In this document: one piece after another, positions 56,677 through 64,000 of the stretch | How positions within the stretch are numbered: position 1 is the first letter of the stretch | Layout of the letters: each line of letters starts with the position of its first letter | NCBI GenBank assembly: GCA_965223665.1 | Contig: OZ245011.1 | Location: 3,008,001 to 3,072,000, forward strand | Direction: 5' to 3' | DNA: 64,000 nt | DNA from: Nitrospinaceae bacterium | Lineage (GTDB): Bacteria; Nitrospinota; Nitrospinia; Nitrospinales; Nitrospinaceae | The notes under the pieces: generated by a model | Told to the model about the DNA's origin: nothing | Seen by the model: only the letters and a program-made list of their open reading frames with translations | The model's database searches: none | Position numbers and translations under genes: made by a program

Positions 56677-59600
56677 ATGTTAGAAAAACTTTTAAATTTT
56701 TCCATAAAGCAAAGAGTTTTTATTTTACTTGCCACTCTAGGGATTGCGGGTTTGGGAGTATTCAATTTTCAACAACTTCCTATTGATGCTTTGCCGGATA
56801 TTACTAACATTCAGGTACAGATAAATACGGAAGCGCCTGGTTACTCCCCTTTGGAAGTGGAACAGAGGATTACCTTTCTAATAGAGACGGTGCTTTCAGG
56901 AATGCCGTATTTAAATGAAATCCGATCCATTTCCCGTTATGGATTATCTCAAGTAACCGTGGTTTTTAAGGATGGGACAGACATTTATTTTGCCAGGCAA
57001 TTAATCAATTCGAGATTGCAGGAAGTTAAAAGCAAGTTGCCCTTGGGAATTGATCCGGTTATGGGACCAATTGCCACAGGTTTGGGAGAAATTTTTATGT
57101 GGGCGCTTCAATGGGAGCGTCAACCTCCAAGTGAAGACACCTTTAAAAGTTCCGTTGAATTGAGAACCGTTCAGGATTGGATAATTCGTCCTCAATTACG
57201 AACCATTCCCGGAGTAGCAGATATCAATAGTATTGGAGGATACGTGAAGGAATATCATGTTTCACCCGATCCTGAAAAGCTTGTAGCCTTTAATGTGACG
57301 TTTCGTGAAATATTAAATTCTCTTATTAAAAATAACGCAAATGTAGGGGCAGGATATATCGAACATCAGGGAGAACAATATCTCATTCGAACTCCGGGAC
57401 AGGTCCAATCCATTCACGATATTGAACAAATCATAATAGGATCTCATCGAGGGGTTCCCATATATATAAAAGACGTGGCTAAAGTTAATGTGGCCAAGGA
57501 GCTTCGAACGGGAGCAGCAACCCAGAATGGACAAGAGGTTGTACTGGGAACCGTTTTTATGTTGAAAGGTGAAAACAGCAGGGCAGTTTCTTTGCGGGTT
57601 GCAGAAAAAATGAAAGCAATCAATCGGACCTTACCCGATGGTTTAGAAGCTAAAACTGTGTATGATCGAACCAAATTGGTCAACGCTACTCTTCAAACCG
57701 TCCGCAATAACCTTTTGGAAGGCGCCCTATTGGTTATTGTTATTTTATTTTTATTGTTGGGGAATATCAGAGCCGCTTTAATCACCGCATTGGTCATACC
57801 ACTTTCCATGTTGTTTGCTATTTCGGGAATGGTGGCTCATAAAGTGAGTGGAAATCTTTTAAGTTTAGGAGCCATCGACTTTGGAATTATTGTAGACAGT
57901 ACCGTAATCATTGTAGAAAACTGCCTTCGGCGTATGGCCATTGCTCAAGCAGAACACAATCGATTACTTACGCGAGAGGAACGATTTTCTGTAGTTCGTG
58001 GAGCTGCAGCCGAAGTGGCCCGGCCCAGTATTTTCGGCATCATTATTATAATGATTGTGTATCTGCCTATAATGACTCTATCTGGAATTGAAGGAAAAAT
58101 GTTTCAGCCTATGGCATTTACAGTTTTAGCCGCATTGACAGGGGCGATGATACTTTCAATAACCTTTATTCCTGCTATGGTAGCTCAATTTGCCACCGGT
58201 CCAATCTCTGAAAAGAATAATCCTCTGATTAAATGGTCAAAAAATGTCTACAAGCCTGTTTTGGATTCAGCTTTGAGAAATCGTCCTGCAATTTTAACCT
58301 TTGCTGGAGTGCTGTTGGTATTGAGTATATTAATGGGAACTCAATTAGGTAAAGAATTTATTCCCACTCTTGATGAACAAGACTTAGCGATTCATGCGTT
58401 GAGAATTCCTGGGACAAGCCTAACCCAAGCCGTTCAAATGCAGGATGAAGTTGAAAGAAAGATTAAAGAGTTTGCCGAAGTCGACTATGTATTCGCCAAA
58501 ATTGGTACTGCAGAAATTGCTACCGACCCTATGCCCCCAAGCGTTGCTGATGTGTTTGTAATAATGCAACCGCGTTCAAACTGGCCTAATCCCAAACTAT
58601 CCAGAACCGGTTTAATAAAAAAAATAGAATCCTCCCTGAGAACATTACCGGGAAATAATTATGAATTTACACAACCCATTCAGATGCGCTTCAATGAGCT
58701 AATTGCCGGGGTGCGTAGCGATGTTGCAGTTAAAGTTCATGGGGATGATTTGGACGTATTGATCAGCCAAGCCGAAAAAATATCTCAACAACTTCGGATT
58801 ATTCCCGGAGCTTCTGATGTACGTGTTGAGCAGGTTTCCGGATTGCCCATTTTAACCATTCAGTTAAAAAGGGATGAAATGGCGCGCTTAGGATTAAATA
58901 TTTCAGATGTGCAAGATATCATAAGCATTGCTATTGGGGGTAAATCAGCAGGTCAAATATTTGAAGGAGACCGTAGATTTGATTTGATGGTACGTCTACC
59001 TGGCAATCAAAGAGAGGATATTGAATTTTTAAAACGGATTCCTCTACCTTATGCAGAAAACTTAAAAACCGGGGTGGGGACTAAAGATATTATAAAGCCC
59101 AGGTTTCAAACAGGGAAAAACCTCCCTACGTTCATAACTTTAGGAGCGGTAGCTGAGTTTAAAGTAATTAAAGGTCCCAATCAGATAAGCCGAGAAAATG
59201 GAAAACGGCGAGTGGTTGTTTCCTCAAATGTACGAGGACGCGATTTAGGTTCTTTCGTTGAAGAGGCGGAAACCCTTATTCAAAATAAAATTTCCTTACC
59301 CCCTGGTTATTGGATTTCCTGGGGGGGACAATTTGAACATTTGATATCTGCGGGTAAGCGTTTGTGGATTGTCGTTCCAGTGGCTTTATTATTAATTTTT
59401 CTATTATTGTTTGCAGCGTTTGGCTCCACGAAGCATGCTTTTCTTGTTTTTACAGGCGTACCCTTGGCTTTGACAGGAGGTGTATTTTCGTTGTGGATTC
59501 GAGATATTCCTCTTTCGATATCGGCTTCCATAGGGTTTATAGCTCTTTCCGGGGTGGCTGTTTTAAATGGAGTGGTCATGATCTCTTTTATTAATAAACT

Positions 59601-59853
59601 TAGAGAAGAAGGTTTTTCTTTGGATAAAGCCATTCATGAAGGATGTTTAACGCGATTGCGACCTATTCTTATGACGGCTCTTGTGGCTTCACTGGGATTT
59701 CTGCCAATGGCTATCGCAACGGGTACGGGGGCTGAAGTACAAAGGCCCTTAGCAACCGTTGTCATTGGAGGGATTCTTTCTTCTACCGCCTTAACACTTA
59801 TTGTACTTCCCGTTTTATATCGAATTTTCCACAGAGAAAGTCAAACGAATTAG
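56677..59853 (+). CDS. czcA: CusA/CzcA-family heavy-metal RND pump
   Basis: LPIDALPDITNIQVQINT, GAIDFGIIVD, EIATDPMPP, RLRPILMTALVASLGF. Confidence 0.93.
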   Translation: MLEKLLNFSIKQRVFILLATLGIAGLGVFNFQQLPIDALPDITNIQVQINTEAPGYSPLEVEQRITFLIETVLSGMPYLNEIRSISRYGLSQVTVVFKDGTDIYFARQLINSRLQEVKSKLPLGIDPVMGPIATGLGEIFMWALQWERQPPSEDTFKSSVELRTVQDWIIRPQLRTIPGVADINSIGGYVKEYHVSPDPEKLVAFNVTFREILNSLIKNNANVGAGYIEHQGEQYLIRTPGQVQSIHDIEQIIIGSHRGVPIYIKDVAKVNVAKELRTGAATQNGQEVVLGTVFMLKGENSRAVSLRVAEKMKAINRTLPDGLEAKTVYDRTKLVNATLQTVRNNLLEGALLVIVILFLLLGNIRAALITALVIPLSMLFAISGMVAHKVSGNLLSLGAIDFGIIVDSTVIIVENCLRRMAIAQAEHNRLLTREERFSVVRGAAAEVARPSIFGIIIIMIVYLPIMTLSGIEGKMFQPMAFTVLAALTGAMILSITFIPAMVAQFATGPISEKNNPLIKWSKNVYKPVLDSALRNRPAILTFAGVLLVLSILMGTQLGKEFIPTLDEQDLAIHALRIPGTSLTQAVQMQDEVERKIKEFAEVDYVFAKIGTAEIATDPMPPSVADVFVIMQPRSNWPNPKLSRTGLIKKIESSLRTLPGNNYEFTQPIQMRFNELIAGVRSDVAVKVHGDDLDVLISQAEKISQQLRIIPGASDVRVEQVSGLPILTIQLKRDEMARLGLNISDVQDIISIAIGGKSAGQIFEGDRRFDLMVRLPGNQREDIEFLKRIPLPYAENLKTGVGTKDIIKPRFQTGKNLPTFITLGAVAEFKVIKGPNQISRENGKRRVVVSSNVRGRDLGSFVEEAETLIQNKISLPPGYWISWGGQFEHLISAGKRLWIVVPVALLLIFLLLFAAFGSTKHAFLVFTGVPLALTGGVFSLWIRDIPLSISASIGFIALSGVAVLNGVVMISFINKLREEGFSLDKAIHEGCLTRLRPILMTALVASLGFLPMAIATGTGAEVQRPLATVVIGGILSSTALTLIVLPVLYRIFHRESQTN

Positions 59854-59874
59854 TAGGGTGGGGTTGATCAGAAG

Positions 59875-60891
59875 TTATTTTTCAGCATATTCGAACATAC
59901 GATCTAAGCAACGTAGTGCCAGTTTTTGAATTTCAGGTTCGAGGTTGATGATATTTTCCGGTTTAGGATTTTCTAATGTTGCTAAAACTTCTTCTAATGA
60001 ATTTGCCTTCATGTATTTGCACATAGTACAAGTGCCGACGAATTTTTTTTCAGGAAATTCAGACTGCAATACTCCGGACAAACCACATTCCGTCAGTAAG
60101 AAGAAAGAACCGCAATCTGATTTTCTTACATGATTTAGCATTCCTGTAGTACTACCAACATAATCGGCTTTGTCTACAACTTCGGGCTTACATTCCGGAT
60201 GGACTAGTATCTTTACATCCGGGTTGTTACCTCGAACAAAATCAATAGAGTCTGGAGCATATTCTTCATGGACGTAGCAGGTGCCATCGTAAACAATGAT
60301 CTCTTTTTTCACACCCTTTTCTCTTAAATAATTGATCACATTAAGACCCATTAACTTATCCGGTAAAAAGTAAATTTTATCGTTTTCAAGGTTCTCAATG
60401 ATTTTATATACATTAGAAGATGTCACACAAACGTCGCAGTGGGCTTTTACAGCAGCAGTGGTATTTATGTAGCAAACAAATGTGTGATCTGGATATTCAA
60501 CTCGCAAACGCTTCACAATAGTGTCAGAAATACTATCAGCCAATGAGCAACCCCCATCAGGGTTTGGGTCCAGAACCAGTTTTTCAGGGTTTAATATTTT
60601 TGCAGTTTCTACCATGAAACGTACCGAAGCAAATAGAATGACATCGGCCTTAGATTGACGAGCCGCTTTTGCCAATCCATAAGAATCACCAGTATGGTCA
60701 GCTACCCCATAGAGAATTTCAGGAGCTACGTAATTGTGGGCAAGGATGATTGCGTTTTTTTCCTTCTTTAATTCTTCAATCTGCCGAATAGTCGGAAAAA
60801 TACGCTCGCAATGCTCTCTGGTGAATTCACACAAAGGACTACCCACTCGTATGGGTTTTAGTTTTTCATATAAAGAATCAACGGTAACCAT
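59875..60891 (-). CDS. nadA: Quinolinate synthase
   Basis: ILAHNY, GDS, GCSLA, YINT, CYVH, HPEC, CKYMK; the ATG at 60891 avoids overlap with the HIT gene. Confidence 0.93.
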   Translation of the reverse strand: MVTVDSLYEKLKPIRVGSPLCEFTREHCERIFPTIRQIEELKKEKNAIILAHNYVAPEILYGVADHTGDSYGLAKAARQSKADVILFASVRFMVETAKILNPEKLVLDPNPDGGCSLADSISDTIVKRLRVEYPDHTFVCYINTTAAVKAHCDVCVTSSNVYKIIENLENDKIYFLPDKLMGLNVINYLREKGVKKEIIVYDGTCYVHEEYAPDSIDFVRGNNPDVKILVHPECKPEVVDKADYVGSTTGMLNHVRKSDCGSFFLLTECGLSGVLQSEFPEKKFVGTCTMCKYMKANSLEEVLATLENPKPENIINLEPEIQKLALRCLDRMFEYAEK

Positions 60892-60895
60892 AATC

Positions 60896-61240
60896 CTAAC
60901 CTGGAGGCCATTGCATGGGACGTCCCCCAAGCAAATGAAAATGAATATGAAACACTGACTGGCCGGCACCTCTTCCACAATTGTTGACAATCCGAAATCC
61001 CGATTGGTCAATGCCTAAATCATGTGCGATTTTCTTTCCTGCCATGAAGATCGATCCGACTAAACCAGCATCCGCTTCTTCAATATCCATTAGAGACGAA
61101 AAATGTTTTTTGGTAATAAGCAAAATATGTGTGGGTGCTTGGGGATTAATATCTTTAATAGCAAACACCTCGTTATTTTCATAAACTTTTTCAGCAGGAA
61201 TTTCGCCTTGATCAATTTTACAAAACAAGCAATCAGCCAT
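60896..61240 (-). CDS. hinT: Histidine triad nucleotide-binding protein
   Basis: DCLFCKI, DINPQAPTH, GQSVFHIHFHLLGGR, WPPG. Confidence 0.93.
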   Translation of the reverse strand: MADCLFCKIDQGEIPAEKVYENNEVFAIKDINPQAPTHILLITKKHFSSLMDIEEADAGLVGSIFMAGKKIAHDLGIDQSGFRIVNNCGRGAGQSVFHIHFHLLGGRPMQWPPG

Positions 61241-61391
61241 GATAGCCCTTTTCCGCAGGTTGAAGAATGAATATCAGTCCTAATATATAACGGAATGACA
61301 TTAGACTCAACTATGGGTAAAAGTGTTTATTTATTAAATAGTTGAGATGTTTGTTGCCTAATAAAAATTTTTTTCCAATAGAGTTTCTAAA

Positions 61392-61425
61392 TTAAAAGGG
61401 CTAAAGCTTTCAAGCTTTAGCCCTT
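61392..61425 (-). terminator. Intrinsic terminator of the repeat-protein gene
   Basis: AAGGGCTAAAGCTT-tc-AAGCTTTAGCCCTT perfect inverted repeat with a T-rich tail on the minus strand. Confidence 0.75.
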
Positions 61426-61479
61426 ATTGGTCATTGCGTAATATACTAATTTAATTAAAAATGAAATTAAGGTTATTGC

Positions 61480-64000
61480 TTATGGAGATCCCTCCAGTTC
61501 GAGGAGGTAATTACCTGAATCATTACCTCCTATATCTCCAACAACAATCGTGTGCACTCCTGTTTGATTCAAGGTGCAGTTGATTTCGCTTTGAACGCCT
61601 GGACTACTTGAGCCCCCTTGACATAATAAAATATTGTTAGGTTGAAAAACCCTAATCGAAGCGGAAACAGGATTATCAGGATCCATGCGAATGGTAATCT
61701 CATCTCGAAAATTACCGGAAAAGGTATATCCGTCGAGTTCTACTCCGGGGTTGATAGTTCCTGCTACAGAATTCCCATAAGAAATAGAGGTGGGATTCAC
61801 CCAGGGAAGATTCTGTAACATTAAATCAAAATTCCAGGTTTGGTTTCCACCAGCATCTCCTACAAGGATCAGAAATGTTCCCGTCTGATCTAAAGTACAC
61901 ATTAGTTCCGTGATATCATCAAAACAAAGGACTGTTCCGTCATCTCGGTAAACCCGAATATCGGTGGCCACCAGAATTTCAGGGATCGTTCGAACAAATA
62001 TTTTATCCCCCAATGTTCCTGAAAAAGTAAAACCGACTGGTTTAACTGCCGGATTAATGAAGTTTCCTGTAACAATATCGTCGTACGCAATTGGAGTTGC
62101 TCCAATCCATGGTAGCGTTTGCAGAAGAAGTTGGTAATTCCCGGATTCATCGGACCCATTTTCACCGGCAACAATTAAATAAGTTCCTGTTTCATCTAAA
62201 GTACAAACCAAATCCAAAACCACAGGAGGCACATCAGTTCGTGAACTTTTATTGCACAATAAGGTCCCATCTTCTCTATAGACTTGTAAATGAGGATGCA
62301 TTGGGAAATCAGCTGCCATACGAATAAAAATTTGATCCCCTGATGTTCCGGAAAACGTATATCCATCAAGCTCAATAGCCGGATTGATTGAGCCAGCAGC
62401 CGTATCTCCATAAGCAATCGGTGTAGAGTTCGCCCAAGGGTTTAACCTCTGCAGTAAAAGATCATAAAAGCTGGACGCATTTCCCCCTTCTTCTTGGACT
62501 AAGATGGTATGGGTTCCAGTCTGATCCAACGTACACTGCAATTCCTGAGAAACCGGAGGATCATCATCATCTCTAAAAAAGGTTCGCGAACATAATAATA
62601 TTCCATTTTCTCGAAATACTTGTACCAAGACAACAAATGGGCCTGATCCGGTTACTACTCCAACAGCATCCATCCTTATTAAGATTTTATCGCCGGATTG
62701 CCCATTAAATAAATATTGATCCGTTCCACCAATTGGATCAATACTATCCAAAATTACGTCACCATATTTAATCAGCTGTTGAGAGGGTCCACTGGAAAAG
62801 GTGATCTTAAGTTGAGGTTGACCGGAAGCGGCTTCTCGCGAGTTCAGGTCAATGCCGTTGGTGGTGCCACCGGTTCGGATAGCAATCCCATTATTGGGAA
62901 TGGCTCCATCCACCCAATCCTGGACTAAATCAATGCCGTCCTGATTTAAGTCGATGATATTTTCTCCAAATTGAAATGGCGGAATGGTCCCCAGAACTGT
63001 GGTGCCAAAGTTAGAACCCAAATTATTCCAGGTTACTGTTCCTTCATCCCAAGACGCGTTAGTTGAAACAATTTCGTAATTACCGCTACTAACATCGAAT
63101 AGATTTAAAATTACGCTTACAGCTTGTATTTGTGATCCGGCAGGAATGAAACTTAAATCCCAACCGATTACAGAGATTAATTCACCACCCCCATTATCGC
63201 CGTCTGCATTGATAAATATTTCATTTCCAAAATTCGTATTGGGAGTAGTTTCGTCAACATAAGAATCTCTATTTGAAATAAGGGTTTGCATTTGCGTAGG
63301 GGAACCGCCACTATAAGCAAGAGTGAGTTTGGGTCGAGTTCCGGCAATAGCGGCTTCACTGGAGCGAATGTCAATTCCGTTGTTGGTTCCACCGCTTTTA
63401 ATCACGATTCCATTGTTAAAAATCGACCCATCCACCCAGCTCTGTATCAATTGGATACCATCTGTATTCAAGATAATGACATTTTCACCGGATTGACCTG
63501 CCGGAATTGTTCCCAATAAAGTAGTGCCAGTATTGGGAGCAATATCGTTCCAATTGACCGTACTCTCATTCCATGCGACATCTATGGAATAAATTTCATA
63601 GGGACCGGAACTGATATCGAATAACTCAAGGGTGATAAAAGCGGATTGTACAGTGGCACTAGCAGGTACCGCAGAAATATCCCACTGAATAACGGATTGC
63701 AATTCACCGAATGATCCGTTACTCGGATCCTGATCAGTACCATCTGCACTTAAGAATGTTTCATTGCCAAAGTTACTGGTCGGAGACGTTTCACGAATGT
63801 AAGAATCTTCCGTTCCGGAATAACTGGGATCAGGAGACACTCCATTTTGAAAACTTTGCAGGATGACACCGGATGAGGGAGTGTAGTCGATAGTTAGTTT
63901 AGGTCGTGTGACAGCAGTGACCGTTTCACGGCTATTGGCATCAATGCCATTATTAGTGCCGCCGCTTCGAATGACAATACCATTATTGGGAATGCTTCCA
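61480..64000 (-). CDS. Partial large extracellular protein with at least 3 DNRLRE-type repeats and 4 PPC-like beta repeats
   Basis: The frame stays open to the window edge. Repeats DSY...TNFG...WD(I/L)S...WNE-x-TV-x-WN...NNGI and YGD...G-x-I...Y-x-F-x-G-x-x-GD...CTLDQTG. Confidence 0.8.
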   Translation of the reverse strand, partial: GSIPNNGIVIRSGGTNNGIDANSRETVTAVTRPKLTIDYTPSSGVILQSFQNGVSPDPSYSGTEDSYIRETSPTSNFGNETFLSADGTDQDPSNGSFGELQSVIQWDISAVPASATVQSAFITLELFDISSGPYEIYSIDVAWNESTVNWNDIAPNTGTTLLGTIPAGQSGENVIILNTDGIQLIQSWVDGSIFNNGIVIKSGGTNNGIDIRSSEAAIAGTRPKLTLAYSGGSPTQMQTLISNRDSYVDETTPNTNFGNEIFINADGDNGGGELISVIGWDLSFIPAGSQIQAVSVILNLFDVSSGNYEIVSTNASWDEGTVTWNNLGSNFGTTVLGTIPPFQFGENIIDLNQDGIDLVQDWVDGAIPNNGIAIRTGGTTNGIDLNSREAASGQPQLKITFSSGPSQQLIKYGDVILDSIDPIGGTDQYLFNGQSGDKILIRMDAVGVVTGSGPFVVLVQVFRENGILLCSRTFFRDDDDPPVSQELQCTLDQTGTHTILVQEEGGNASSFYDLLLQRLNPWANSTPIAYGDTAAGSINPAIELDGYTFSGTSGDQIFIRMAADFPMHPHLQVYREDGTLLCNKSSRTDVPPVVLDLVCTLDETGTYLIVAGENGSDESGNYQLLLQTLPWIGATPIAYDDIVTGNFINPAVKPVGFTFSGTLGDKIFVRTIPEILVATDIRVYRDDGTVLCFDDITELMCTLDQTGTFLILVGDAGGNQTWNFDLMLQNLPWVNPTSISYGNSVAGTINPGVELDGYTFSGNFRDEITIRMDPDNPVSASIRVFQPNNILLCQGGSSSPGVQSEINCTLNQTGVHTIVVGDIGGNDSGNYLLELEGSP

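Noticed and set aside
60892-61011. N-terminal extension of nadA in the ORF track
   Set aside because: It overlaps the HIT gene; the ATG at 60891 gives a normal-length protein.

Overview
AT-rich bacterial chromosomal window, probably from a Nitrospina-like nitrite oxidiser (inferred from the NxrC-like gene at the left edge; not proven). From left to right it holds: (1) the 3' end of an NxrC-like heme b protein gene and a rhodanese gene; (2) a flagellar cluster flgF-G-A-H-I-J-N-K-L with two sigma54-type promoter matches; (3) a hybrid kinase, tag and a NIP-like aquaporin; (4) a 15,046-bp island integrated at tRNA-Thr(CGT); (5) a LysE-family pseudogene; (6) a 3665-aa secreted SpvB/FG-GAP/RHS polymorphic toxin with immunity genes, an orphan RHS tip and RHS debris; (7) housekeeping and metal genes (CBS, DUF2238, MscS, RpoH-like sigma, fumC, fetAB-like, His-rich leader plus czcCBA-like, nadA, HIT); (8) a truncated DNRLRE-repeat surface protein gene. 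The island has 48-bp att repeats, integrase arm-like sites, a P4-like integrase and an alpA/primase-helicase/HGGxSTG core, with no capsid or conjugation genes. The best candidate for an undescribed system is the island cargo. Six unrelated, mostly defence-like genes are each separated by copies of a GTCCGCTT...AAGCGGAC palindrome that is not an attC site, and one copy has been hit by a 140-bp MITE. Other notable items are a degenerate (probably dead) purple-acid-phosphatase domain heading the RHS toxin, and a His-rich leader ORF ending in RSPP upstream of czcCBA. All protein calls come from motif recognition by eye; no database searches were run.
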